Numbered from the stretch's first letter, positions 1-12,800 are shown. The stretch is 64,000 bases of DNA from Haliotis rufescens (GCF_023055435.1 NW_025963779.1:84444001-84508000); one strand, 5' to 3'. Translations and numbers: made by a program. The notes: generated by a model from the sequence alone, not told the origin.

Positions 1-555
1 GAGCGTAATTGTCAAGACATACATCACATAGACATATATAAGGTCTATAAATGAAACTAAAAACATGATGAGCAAACAAAAACATCGTAATGAATAGCAC
101 AATTATATTCATTTCACAAATTGAAATATACATTTTTCAAAATGAAATGTGCACAATACGTCCAGTTTCCAGACGACATAACAACCAAACAAAGTGGGAG
201 ACGGAATCAACCTATTTAAGCGTTGATATGGTGCCATCTTCATTTTTGGCTTGCTAGTCGCTCGTCCAGTTGACGGTATTATCTCAGAGATCTCAACCCG
301 GTCAGCTGAAGGATCGTTATCTCAGTGAAGCTCTGCTCTGATTTGATGAAGTTTATGAATTTGAATACTGATGACTGGCAGTTATTTGTGCCATTTTGGA
401 GTGCAAACACTCAACATGGTTAGTTGACCTTGACCCAACTTTGGTAAAATGGTTCCACAATACTGCTTCACCACCAAGGACCCCCTGATCAGTTGGGTCG
501 TCAGCAAGCTTGCGCACACATAACCCTGGAATTATGCCCATTGTACATCAAACAC

Positions 556-823
556 GACCCGTGAAGATTCCGCGGTAGAATAGGTCTTCAGCAACCCATG
601 CTTGCCGTACAAGGTGACTATGCTTGTCGTAAAAGCCGACTAACGGGATCGGGTGGTCAGGCTCGCTGACTTGGTTGATGCATGTCATCGATCCCAATTG
701 CGTGGATCGATGCTTATGATATTTATCACTGGATTGTCTGGTCCAGACTCCATTATTTACAGACCGCCGTCATATAGCTGGAATATTGCTGAGTGCGGCG
801 TAAAACAACCAACCAACCAACTA
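556..823 (+). mobile_element. Short retroposon with structured non-tRNA head (copies 9056-9312, 19557-19773, 30987-31207)
   Basis: Head GACCCGTGAAGATTCCGGGGTAGAATAGGTCTTC...GGCGACTAACGGG; tail GCTGGAATATTGCTGAGTGCGGCGTAAAAC(AACC)n. The independent copy at 30987 is flanked by a 12-bp TSD CCTTCTCTTTGG. Confidence 0.8.
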
Positions 824-1257
824 ACACCAAACTCTGTCCACCACGAGAATTAGGAAATTCAATATATCTAACGTTGATCTGTGTAACTGCCATTTTGCAA
901 TTAGACTTAAAGGGTAGGACATTAATTACTTAAGATTGGTTTACCGTCTTCACTTTATGTGTTTATTTAGTAAAACACATAGTTTACTGACATATGATCA
1001 TTTCCTGATAAAATAGTTGAAAGGTGAATCTCAGGTGAAACAGACTATAGCTTTTAATTCACCGTAATGTTTTTTAAATCTCCCTCTTGTCTTCCTCTTG
1101 ATTTTTCGTTCACTTGAAATTCAGCAACTCTTCTCTTTCCCTTCTCTCCAGTAAAACACGCTCAGCAACCATGGTGTCAGCGGTTCTTGGCTTGCTGTCA
1201 GGAGTTATGGTAAAGTGGGTTGTACTTCGCTTCCAAAAGATTATTGCACTCATTGCA

Positions 1258-1357
1258 TGTGTGTGCGTGCGTGCGTGCGTGCGTGCGTGTGAGCGTGTGT
1301 GCGTGCGTGCGAGCGTGCGTGCGTGCGTGCGTGCGAGCGTGTGTGTGTGTGTGTGTG
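1258..1357. repeat. (GTGC)n/(GT)n microsatellite in A intron 1 (also (GT)n 20355-20433, 23663-23709)
   Basis: Direct reading. Confidence 0.95.
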
Positions 1358-1999
1358 TTGTGTGCGTGGACTGACTCCGAGCCGACCAATCCTTGTTTTA
1401 TACCTTTACTGCCGAGCGTTAGACAGGGTCACACTAAGTACCATTTTTGTGTATGCCCGACTGTCCACCGACCATCCGCTCTAAGGCAAAAACCTCTGTC
1501 CACTCAACATTTTGGCATAAGCGGTTGTTGTGTTGGAAGGGAAGATTTGTCGAAGGTGGACCTATCACGGCAACATTCACTACTCAGAGCGCTGGGTATA
1601 CACAGTGGGGTACTTGTGAGTCAGTGTGCTTCTGTTCAGCACGAAGAGCACTATCATCTGTTTCGACACAGTTTGTAAGAAAATACGTGAGTATATTTGG
1701 ACAATAAGGGCAGTCGCAGCGCTAACACCACGAGGTGAAACAAGGCCCACAATGCATCCGCAGCTAGAGATAAGCGAGGGCACATTCGCTTAGGTGTATA
1801 CTTCTTGTGTCGAACCCGCTTGTGTCGTGCACCATGGGAATTCCGGGTAAGAATTAGATCCATATCAACCTATGCTTTTCGGACAAGGCGACTAAATGAG
1901 TAGGGCGGTCGGACTCTGTGCATGGGTTGATAGTGAGTTGACGGCGCGGATCGTTGTTCGATCAAGGGTTTAACATCCAAGGCCTCAGTAGGACATTAT

Positions 2000-2265
2000 C
2001 AAATTTGACGCATCCGTGACAAAAATGATGTCACATACATTCCCTCTTTTGACTTGTACCATATGTTTCCGTTTTCCAGGTGAACAATTGACTTACCTTT
2101 GCATGTGTTTGTGACGGGTGCCACCGGTGGGGCAGGATACGCTCATCTTTTCGTAAACATCTGGCATCATGACTATTTGGTAGTGATTCATAATCACTTG
2201 CTTATGATATAGTCGGAATCGTACAATCGACTCTGGTAGATTTGTTATGAATATGGAAAGGGATG
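2000..2265 (+). mobile_element. Solo 3'/terminal-repeat fragment of the Penelope-like family (also 10759-11025, 20954-21220, 50952-51210)
   Basis: GACGGGTGCCACCGGTGGGGCAGGATACGCTCATC...ACATCTGGCATCAT matches the repeats flanking 28683-36040. Confidence 0.65.
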
Positions 2266-2699
2266 TGTTCCTTATATTATCATGACATCAGTCACTGGTT
2301 TGCCTGGCCTAGATTCGATTATTTACAGACCCCGTCATATTGTCAGAATATTACTAAGTTTGGCATATGCGTCCTGACTGTAATTGGTTCGTGTCGCAAT
2401 GAAGGAAACGCTTTCATTGTACATGGGTTGGCATTGTCGGACTTAATATACGGGAATGTCTTGAGAATTCCCATTGCAGCAGAATGTATCAGAACAGCAG
2501 GAGCCGTGTTGCTTGAACCAGACTCGACCTCGATAGTCCCACATGTTGACATCTCCTTCATGTAGCCTACCTGCCATGATCTCGCCATTGACGTATGAAA
2601 TAATACCGAAAATGGAGGTTGTCATTATTGACAGTGTAGGCCCCATTTCGATGTCTGTACATTTATACCGACCTGACTGTGGCGGCACCGACGTTTCCG

Positions 2700-3205
2700 A
2701 CTCTATGTGTGTACTAGATAATATAACTGTTTCACTGTCTTTCCGACTCTATGGGTGTACTAGATAATATGACTGTTTCACTGTCTTTCAGACTCTATGT
2801 GTGTACTAGATAATATGACTGTTTCACTGTCTTTCAGACTCTATGTGTGTACTAGATAATATGACTGTTTCACTGTCTTTCAGACTCTATGTGTGTACTA
2901 GATAATATGACTGTTTCACTGTCTTTCAGACTATATGTGTGTACTAGATAATATGACTGTTTCACTGTCTTTCAGACTATATGTGTGTACTAGATAATAT
3001 GACTGTTTCACTGTCTTTCCGACTCTATGGGTGTACTAGATAATATGACTGTTTAACTGTCTTTCAGACTCTATGTGTGTACTAGATAATATGACTGTTT
3101 CACTGTCTTTCAGACTCTATATGTGTACTAGATAGTATGACTGTTTAACTGTCTTTCCGACTCTATGTGTGTACTAGATAATATGACTGTTTCACTGTCT
3201 TTCAG
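2700..3205 (+). repeat. 46-bp splice-acceptor minisatellite, 11 units (A1 intron 1)
   Basis: Unit ACTCTATGTGTGTACTAGATAATATGACTGTTTCACTGTCTTTCAG; the last unit supplies the exon 2 acceptor. Confidence 0.97.
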
Positions 3206-3908
3206 ACGCGGTCCTATGTCAGAATAACTTCAACGATGAGTGGAAGTACGCGGCCCCTGGCTCGGGATGCAAGAGGTTCATCAATTGCTATGGTCAGGAT
3301 TACCATGGAATGCTTCAGTGTCCCGAGACGACTCTCTTCAATGAAAACACCCAGAGGTGTGAATACCTACTAGATTTCAACTGTCAGGTAGCCCTCAACC
3401 AAACCCCAGGTAACGAAACATACATGATGCATATGATATTAATTATTTCGTAGCAATAGTGAAATATCGTTGTCATCTCAGACGAGAACATTAATATAAT
3501 CTGATTGATTGTTTTGTGTATTCAACTAAGCATTGCCTAGCAACTGGTTATCATTTACAGTTCAGATTGACAATGTACACCCGTTTTGTGAACAGAAAGA
3601 ATTCTGAGACGTAACTTTCTTTATTCCCCGAATGCACAAGATGCTTCACGGGACCGTGACTGTCTTTTCAAATGGCTTGCTACGTTGGCAGGTTGAATAA
3701 TCTTTTAAGTCATATAGTCTATATCAGCTATTTCAGTAACTAGTATTTATAAACTTAGTAGAACCCAGTTTCCGCTAATAACCGTTGAATGCTTGAAGAT
3801 GATCAACAGCGGACACGGGGTACGTTCCCGAAGCAAGAGAGTAAACTGACTTCGAAGATCCAATTTTCTTCTTGCCGAACTAGGCTGGAATTATGGAGTT
3901 ATATCTTG

Positions 3909-4074
3909 AGTGAGTGAGTGAGTATGGTTTTACGCCGCTTTTAGCAATATCCCAGCAATATCACGGCGGTGGGCACCAGAAATGGGCTTCACACATTGTA
4001 CCCATGTCGGGAATGGAACCCGGTTCTTCGGCGTGACGAGCAAACGCTTTAACCACAAGGCTACCCGACCGCCC
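3909..4074 (-). mobile_element. tRNA-derived SINE (~170 bp, (CACT)n tail) nested in the MITE; duplicated at 13411-13576 and 22533-22695
   Basis: Pol III A/B boxes on the minus strand; 13-bp TSD GAGTTATATCTTG; empty site in A4. Confidence 0.88.
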
Positions 4075-5989
4075 GAGTTATATCTTGGCTGGCCAAACGA
4101 GTCTATTCACAGTCCAATCAAAATCGCGTGAGGAATTTGACATCCGGTTCGTTAACTGCCTGGCAGATTTCGGTCGATTGCAGGGTTTGTAAAGCGTGTG
4201 TGCCGTCAAATCGGCGTCAACGGATATTTTGCAAATCCTTTCATGTTTCTAATCAAGGTGTTTATGTGATCTTATGCACTTCGTGAAGTATGACCCATTT
4301 TTTTACAATATAGATCTTGATTATCGATTGTCTTGACTTCGCGCAGCAACTTTGTTTGCAGCAAGTGCAAGTGATATGAGAAGTGGAATCTGATTGGTCA
4401 AAAGGAGGAACATAGAAGGGAAATAACTCATAATAGCCACTGGTGGCGCAACGATTGAGCCCAGAAATTCCAGCATAGTTTGGCAATGGTGGAAACTGGG
4501 CTTTTACAGTCAACTGACTCTTGCCTCGGGAAGATGGTCACTGGTTTGCCATGAATCCGAAACCCGACCGGAAATACTGTGGCTTTTCCACGGTCCATAA
4601 CAATACACTAAAGGAGGAACCCTCACTCCAACCCTCACTTACCCTAAAGGATAAATGTCAACAGGAAGGGACGATCGTGAATCGAGAATGGAATCGATAT
4701 CTTGCTATTTTCTTTTTGATATTATCAATCAAGAAATAGCTCTTGAGCATATAGTATATATTGTTAAAGATGCCAGTCTAGTGGTGATGTTGACAGGATT
4801 TCCTTCAGGCGGTTTGTTACTACGTGACTTGAGCAAAATTTCACAAATACGATATAAACTTAAGATTTTGGAATGTTATGCCTCCCGTTAAGCCTGATTA
4901 CTAATGTCAGTAGCCTTTAACTTATCAATAATAATATCAAAATATGACATTTTATTATATTTTCTTTCTCTATTTAATGAAATTACATAAGTAAGATTGA
5001 TATTATTTCTATTAATCTCGACTACTGTGAGAAAAAGAACTAACTGATATTGCTTTAGGGACATAGGCGTGTGATTCGAAGATGGTTACAGTTCTAAGGT
5101 GATTTCTGTTGAACGCTGTATTGTACGTATGTGTTTGCTTCCAGACTGTGTGACCGGCGTGGATTCCTACAATTGCTCAGCCTTCACATACTGCTATCTT
5201 AACACCCAGTACAACTTCAGCTGCAACCAAGACCTCTACTACTCTCAGAGCAAACTCACCTGTGTGTACGCTGAAGATCTGACAGAGGATGACAAACTCA
5301 GATGCAACTTCCGCAACGGACAATAGGATTCAGCATAAACTATGTATTCTCTGAACTTCAAATAAAGCCAGTCAGACAATTATAACTTTGTGATGCATAT
5401 ATTTTCAAACGACGAGCGAGACAATAGTTCATCTGCTGTCAAGTGAGTGGGGGTCGGCATGGCGTGTTAATGCTGCATCTGCCTGCTGCATCACGGCGGC
5501 CTAAATAACGACTTTAGTTCTGAGAAGGTCGTTAAGTGTGGTGGTCCCAGCCACCTCGGAGGAATGACACACCTAATAAGTGAGACCTCTGGCGGGGAAC
5601 GACTTCAAAATTCAAAAACACTTCCTTTTTATGCAAATTGTGTGANNNNNNNNNNNNNNNNNNNNNNNNNNNNNNNNNNNNNNNNNNNNNNNNNNNNNNN
5701 NNNNNNNNNNNNNNNNNNNNNNNNNNNNNNNNNNNNNNNNNNNNNNNNNNNNNNNNNNNNNNNNNNNNNNNNNNNNNNNNNNNNNNNNNNNNNNNNACAA
5801 CTGGTGTCATCTCTGATTTTCAGTGGTTCATTCATATAATGCTCACCACTATTTTTCCTTTTCCTTTTAATGCAGACTGGTTATTCTCTGGCGTTGAGTA
5901 TTCCCGTCCTCGTGCTATGCCCTCCCAATCCTATCTCCATAGAATAGCCTTTGTCGGGCCTACGGTACCGTTACTATCTATATTCTTCC

Positions 5990-6660
5990 CTCCTCGTTAT
6001 GAATGCTGTTGATAACGGTTGTCGGGTATAAGGCCATGTACGTTCCTCGTTATGAATGCTGTTGATGAAGGTTGTCGGGTATAAGACCATGTACGTTCCT
6101 AGCTGTGAATGTTGTTGATAAGAGTTGCCGGGTATAAGACCATGTACGTTCCTCGTTAAGAATGTTGTTGATAAGGGTTGTTGTGTACAAGACCATGTAC
6201 TTTCCTCGTTATGAATGCTGTTGATGAAGGTTGTCGGGTATAAGACCATGTACGTTCCTCGTAATGAATGCTATTGATGAAGGTTGTTGGGTATAAGACC
6301 ATGTACGTTCATCATTGTGAATGCTGTGATGAAGGTTGTCGGGTATAAGACCATATACGTTCCTCGTTATGGATGTTGTTGATGAAGGTTGTCGGGTATA
6401 AGATCATAAACGTTCCTCGTTATGAATGCTATTGATGAAGGCTGTCGGGTATAAGACCATGTACGTTCCTCGTTATGAATGCTATTGATGAAGGTTGTTG
6501 GGTATAAGACCATGTACGTTCATCATTGTGAATGCTATTGATGAAGATTGTCGGCTATAAGACAATGCACGTTCCTCGTTGTGAATGCTGTTGATACAGA
6601 TTGTCGAGCATGACACCGAGACCATGATCGTTTCTCGTTATCATTGCTGTTGACAAGGGT
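5990..6660. repeat. 53-bp minisatellite (~12 units) downstream of A1
   Basis: Unit GTTCCTCGTTATGAATGCTGTTGATGAAGGTTGTCGGGTATAAGACCATGTAC. Confidence 0.95.
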
Positions 6661-7344
6661 TAACTAATACGCCATCCTCCCCCTATATAATCTTGTAATC
6701 CTTATCCGATAATAGCTCTTCACGGCCAATCTCTTGTTGACTCCATACGAAAAATATCCACACATAAATACCAAGTTCCGTACTGCAGACACCCAGATGC
6801 TCTTGCCTTTGTCATGAAGTTGCTGTAATATGTCATACTATTGAGTCAGGTATCTATGTCCATCCATCCTGAAGAACTTCAATGTTTGACACCTCGTATA
6901 TGACTAGAAATATACCAGAGTATAAGGGCAAGTTTCACAAGGCATGGCCTTATTTGAAGCGCATTTATCAACTCCTAAATGTCGCATAAAGTACAAAGTG
7001 AGAACTTGCTTCAGTGGATTCCTAATACCTGAGTCCCCAACGTTTCGATCCAAATAATAAAATATGTGCGCTTTTACAGTCACATCGTGGCCGTAGTACA
7101 TGATTTATAATTGTTCTTGAATAATTTGTAAATTGGCCAAATTGTTTCAGATGGTTGTAGAGCTAGTTATTTGCTAGCCATAGACCACATTAACCTTGAA
7201 GAGGCACTCCTAAATACTTATAATATGTAACAACCTTTAAGGTAGTATTACTGTATGTCCTTGTTTCATGTTTAGTTATCATGTCCCCATTCTGAATACA
7301 TCGATACAGTATCATCACTATTTGACAGCGATTCATTGACACAT

Positions 7345-7514
7345 GGACCGCCTCCGTGGTCTAGTGGTAGAGCGTCCGCCCGGAAAGCGGAAGGTCCGGG
7401 GTTCGATCTCGGGCCGCCTCATACCAAAAGACGTTAAAAGATGGTACAAGCAGACACATACACACACGTGCATGCACGTCGCTATATGAGTGCAATAATA
7501 AACCCAATTTCACC
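7345..7514 (+). mobile_element. Internally deleted copy of the same SINE (duplicate at 16979-17164)
   Basis: Head and tail joined; TCATTGACA on both flanks. Confidence 0.8.
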
Positions 7515-7699
7515 TCATTGACAAAAGCTTAGGCGGAATACTTGGAATTGTACAATAGACACAGCTTTTTTAGTAGATATTTGTGATGATGATGGCAAAA
7601 AAATTTTGCCGCTTTTATTTGATCCGGATTTACTTCTGAATCATCCTTACCTATCCCAGTATGACATGATTACGTTTTTTTTCTACCACATAGCATACT

Positions 7700-7898
7700 T
7701 ATTACGGGAGAGTCAGAGGGGAAACCACCGAAGCACATGACATACTCATTACAGGAGAGTCAGAGGGGAAACCAGCGCAGCACATGACATACTCATTACG
7801 GGAGAGTCAGAGGGGAAACCAGCGCAGCACATGACATGCTCATTACGGGAGAGTCAGAGGGGAAACCAGCGCAGCACAAAACATGCTCATTACGGGAA
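7700..7898. repeat. 47-bp tandem repeat, ~4 units (also 17278-17475; 2 units at 36196-36270)
   Basis: Unit CATTACGGGAGAGTCAGAGGGGAAACCAGCGCAGCACATGACATACT. Confidence 0.9.
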
Positions 7899-8375
7899 AG
7901 TAAATCGTCCATGTCTCGCCCTTTGGTACGTCATGTAAAGAAAAAGAAGGATTGTAGGCATATACGTTTTAACATCCGTGGATTTGCAAAGGCCTTCACG
8001 TGACAAACATAACATTTAAAGAAAATGCCTCTTCATTTCTACCATTGATACAGTTAATTACAATAAGCATCCCGATTTGTTTTTATCTGGCTGTGCAAAC
8101 TGTGCGCTGTAATTACTTTAAAACCATCCGGTAGACTAAACCGTCTTCATAAAGAGGAGAATCAACACTGACTAGACACTTGGGTAATCAGACCGCCCTT
8201 TATTATGTTTTCGCCAATGGATGCGAGCGTAACGGGGGCCGTTACACAGGAATTTGAAAAATAGCAACAAAAAACTTGCAAATGGTATGTGTTGCCGCCA
8301 AATGGGGAACTAAGTTAGTGTATTGCTTGAGCCCGATTTGAACAATGCCAAGAATTAAGGCAGGGAGCTGACACA

Positions 8376-9603
8376 GGGTGCTCTCACTTTGCTGGCAAGT
8401 ATTCTTCGTAACTATATCCAACGAGACAAATACAAAAATTGAGGGGGATTGAGACTATAGTTTGTTCCAGACTTGACAGACCCCAGCCTTCCGGCAAAGT
8501 GAGCGTAATTGTCAAGACATACATCACATAGACATATATAAGGTCTATAAATGCAACTAAAAACATGATGAGCAAACAAAAAAATCGTAATGAATAGCAC
8601 AATAATATTCATTTCACAAATTGAAATATACATTTTTCAAAATGAAATGTGCACAATACGTCCAGTTTCCAGACGACATAACAACCAAACAAAGTGGGAA
8701 ACGGAATCAACCTATTTAAGCGTTGATATGGTGCCATCTTCATTTTTGGCTTGCTAGTCGCTCGTCCAGTTGACGGTACTATCTCAGAGATCTCCGTCCG
8801 GTCAGCTGAAGAATCGTTATCTCAGTGAAGCTCTGCTCTGATTTGATGAAGTTTATGAATTTGAATACTGATGACTGGCAGTGATTTGTGCCATTTTGGA
8901 GTGCAAACACTCAACATGGTTAGTTGACCTTGGCCCAACTTTGGTAAAATGGTTCCACAATACTGCTTCACCACCAAGGACCCCCTGATCAGTTGGGTCG
9001 TCAGCAAGCTTGCGCACACATAACCCTGGAATTATGCCCATTGTACATCAAACTCGACCCGGGGTAGAATAGGTCTTCAGCAACCCATGCTTGCCGTAAA
9101 AGGTGACTATGCTTGTCGTAAAAGGCGACTAACGGGATCGTGTGGTCAGGCTCGCTGACTTGGTTGATGCATGTCATCGATCCCAATTGCGTAGATCGAT
9201 GCTTATGATATTGATCACTGGATTGTCTGGTCCAGACTCCATTATTTACAGACCGCCGTCATATAGCTGGAATATTGCTGAGTGCGGCGTAAAACAACCA
9301 ACCAACCAACTAACACCAAACTCTGTCCACCACGAGAATTAGGAAATTCAATATATCTAACGTTGATCTGTGTAACTGCCATTTTGCAATCAGACTTAAA
9401 GGGGAGGACATTAATTACTTAAGATTGGTTTATCGTCTTCACTTTATGTGTTTATTTAGTAAAACACATAGTTTACTGACATATGATCATTTCCTGATAA
9501 AATAGTTGAAAGGTGAATCTCAGGTGAAACAGACTATAGCTTTTAATTCACCGTAATGTTTTTTAAATCCCCCTCTTGTCTGCCGGCAAAGTGGGAACAA
9601 TCC
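8376..9603 (-). mobile_element. Internally deleted Mutator-like (MULE) DNA transposon relic upstream of A2 (also 18877-20057 and <1-1091)
   Basis: Imperfect TIRs GG(G/A)TGCTCTCACTTTGCTGGCA ... TGCCGGCAAAGTGGGAACAATCC and degenerate 9-bp TSD (GCTGACACA / GATAACACA in the A3 copy). Minus-strand peptide LWNHFTKVGPRSTNHVECLHSK resembles the MULE transposase RTNNxxEGWHxK motif. Empty site upstream of A5 (~36810). Confidence 0.7.
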
Positions 9604-9669
9604 TATGACACGTGTAGAAACGTGCCTAATTATGGGTGCAGTCCCTCCCCATCAGGGAAGAGCGACACA

Positions 9670-9730
9670 CTTCATTTAAATGAAGGATTTGCATAAGGCG
9701 TGTTTACCAGTAAGTTGGTGGTATATTAAA
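9670..9730 (+). promoter_or_regulatory. A2 core promoter: 16-bp palindrome CTTCATTTAAATGAAG, ATTTGCATAAGG, TGTTTAC, TATATTAAA
   Basis: Same motifs with the same spacing in A3 (20124-20184) and A5 (36877-36937), 82-90 nt upstream of the ATG. Confidence 0.6.
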
Positions 9731-9811
9731 TCGATGGGTCGATTTTTCGTTCACTCGAAATTCAGCAACTCTTACCTTTCCCTTCTTTCCAGTAAAACAC
9801 GCTCAGCAACC

Positions 9812-12800
9812 ATGGCGTCAGCGGTTCTTGGCTTGCTGTTGGGATGCCTGGCAATGTCCAGTGCACAAGTGCCAGAAGAACAGTGTAAGTAGAATTGTAT
9901 TGAACTTGTCAGGAGTTATGGTAAAGTGGGTTGTACTTCGCTTCCAAAAGATTATTGCACTCATTGCATGTGTGTGTGTGCGTGCGTGCTTGCTTGCTTN
10001 NNNNNNNNNNNNNNNNNNNNNNNNNNNNNNNNNNNNNNNNNNNNNNNNNNNNNNNNNNNNNNNNNNNNNNNNNNNNNNNNNNNNNNNNNNNNNNNNNNNN
10101 NNNNNNNNNNNNNNNNNNNNNNNNNNNNNNNNNNNNNNNNNNACGACCAATCCTTGTTTTATACCTTTACTGCCGAGCGTTAGACAGGGTCACACTAAGT
10201 ACCATTTTTTGTATGCCCGACTGTCCACCGACCACCCGCTCTAAGGCAAAAACCTCTGTCCACTCAACATTTTGGCATAAGCGGTTGTTGTGTTGGAAGG
10301 GAAGATTTGTCGAAGGTGGACCTATCACGGCAACATTCACTACTCAGAGCGCTGGGTATACACAGTGGGGTACTTGTGAGTCAGTGTGCTTCTGTTCAGC
10401 ACGAAGAGCACTATCATCTGTTTCGACACAGTTTGTAAGAAAATACGTGAGTATATTTGGACAATAAAGGCAGTCGCAGCGCTAACACCACGAGGTGAAA
10501 CAAGGCCCACAATACATCCGCAGCTAGAGATAAGCGAGGGCACATTCGCTTAGGTGTATACTCCTTGTGTCGAACCCGCTTGTGTCGTGCACCGTGGGAA
10601 TTCCGGGTAAGAATAGGTCCATATCAACCTATGCTTTTCGGACAAGGCGACTAAATGAATAGGGTGGTCGGACTCTGTGCATGGGTTGTTAGTGAGTTGA
10701 CGGCGCGGATCGTTGTTTGATCAAGGGTTTAACATCCAAGGCCTCAGTAGGACATTATCAAATTTGACGCATCCGTGACAAAAATGATGTCACATACATT
10801 CCTTCTTTTGATTTGTACCATATGTTTCCGTTTTCCAGGTGAACAATTGACTTACCTTTGCATGTGTTTGTGACGGGTGCCACCGGTGGGGCAGGATACG
10901 CTCATCTTTTCGTGAACATCTGGCATCATGACTATTTGGTAGTGATTCATAATCACTTGCTCATGATATAGTCGGAATCGTACAATCGACTCTGGTAGAT
11001 TTGTTATGAATATGGAAAGGGATTTGTTGCTTATATTATCATGACATCAATTACTGGTTTGTCTGGCCTAGATTCGATTATTTACAGGCCCCGTCATATT
11101 GTCAGAATTTTGCTAAGTTTGGCATATGCGTCCTGACTGTAATTGGTTCGTGTCGCAATGAAGGAAACGCTTTCATTGTACATGGGTTGGCATTGTCGGA
11201 CTTAATATACGGGAATGTCTTGAGAATTCCCATTGCAGCAGAAGATATCAGAACAGCAGGAGCCGTGTTGCTGGAACCAGACTCGACCTCGATAGTCCCA
11301 CATGTTGACATCTCCTTCATGTAGCCTACGTACCATGATCTCGCCATTGACGTATCAAATAATACCGAAAATGGAGCTTGTCATTATTGACAGTGTAGGA
11401 CCCATTTCGATGTCTGTACATTTATACCGACCTGACTGTGGCGGCACCGACGTTTCCGACTCTATGTGTGTACTAGATAATATGACTGTTTCACTGTCTT
11501 TCCGACTCTATGTGTGTACTAGATAATATAACTGTTTCACTGTCTTTCCGACTCTATGTGTGTACTAGATAATATGACTGTTTCACTGTCTTTCCGACTC
11601 TATGTGTGTACTAGATAATATGACTGTTTCACTGTCTTTCAGACTCTATGTGTGTACTAGATAATATGACTGTTTCACTGTCTTTCAGACTCTATGTGTG
11701 TACTAGATAATATGACTGTTTCACTGTCTTTCAGACTCTATGTGTGTACTAGATAATATAACTGTTTCACTGTCTTTCCGACTCTATGTGAGTACTAGAT
11801 AATATGACTGTTGCACTGTCTTTCAGACTATATGTGTGTACTAGATAATATGACTGTTTCACTGTCTTTCAGACTCTATGTGTGTACTAGATAATATGAC
11901 TGTTTAACTGTCTTTCAGACTCTATGTGTGTACTAGATAATATGACTGTTTAACTGTCTTTCAGACTCTATGTGTGTACTAGATAATATGACTGTTTAAC
12001 TGTCTTTCAGACTCTATGTGTGTACTAAATAATATGACTGTTTCACTGTCTTTCAGACTCTATGTGTGTACTAGATAATATAACTGTTTCACTGTCTTTC
12101 AGACTCTATGTGTGTACTAGATAATATGACTGTTTAACTGTCTTTCAGACTCTATGTGTGTACTAGATAATATGACTGTTTAACTGTCTTTCCGACTCTA
12201 TGTGTGTACTAGATAATATGACTGTTTCACTGTCTTTCAGACTCTATGTGTGTACTAGATAATATAACTGTTTCACTGTCTTTCAGACTCTATGTGTGTA
12301 CTAGATAATATGACTGTTTCACTGTCTTTCAGACTCTATGTGTGTACTAGATAATATGACTGTTTCACTGTCTTTCAGACTCTATGTGTGTACTAGATAA
12401 TATAACTGTTTCACTGTCTTTCAGACTCTATGTGTGTACTAGATAATATGACTGTTTAACTGTCTTTCAGACTCTATGTGTGTACTAGATAATATAACTG
12501 TTTCACTGTCTTTCAGACTCTATGTGTGTACTAGATAATATGAATGTTTCACTGTCTTTCAGACTCTATGTGTGTACTAGATAATATGAATGTTTCACTG
12601 TCTTTCCGACTCTATGTGTGTACTAGATAATATGACTGTTTCACTGTCTTTCCGACTCTATGTGTGTACTAGATAATATAAATGTTTCACTGTCTTTCAG
12701 ACGCGGTCCTATGTCAGAATAACTTCAACGATGAGTGGAAGTACGCGGCCCCTGGCTCGGGATGCAAGAGGATCATCAATTGTTATGGTCAGGATTACCA

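Larger units (their letters stand above)
1171..5326 (+). pseudogene. Peritrophin-A/CBM14 double-domain gene, copy A1 (exon 1 remnant from 1171; exon 2 3206-3409; exon 3 5145-5326)
   Basis: Exons 2 and 3 are open (AVLCQNNFNDEWKY...CQVALNQTP; DCVTGVDSYNC...CNFRNGQ*). Relative to A2, the 3' half of exon 1 with its GT donor (~70 bp) and ~160 bp of core promoter are deleted. Confidence 0.8.

Noticed and set aside
1114-1707. ORFs through microsatellites, minisatellites and N gaps (e.g. 1220-1678, 9931-10467, 44245-45391, 61700-62173, 62191-62673)
   Set aside because: Low-complexity translations or gap artefacts with no domain features.
3386-3393. Alternative exon 2 donor CAG|GTAGCC in A1-A3
   Set aside because: Phase 0 would frameshift exon 3, and A4/A5 have CAGGAACCC there. 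The conserved donor is CAG|GTAACG.
11459-12700. CRISPR-like appearance of the regular arrays (46, 53, 42, 44 bp)
   Set aside because: Head-to-tail units with no unique spacers, no cas genes, and eukaryotic intron context.
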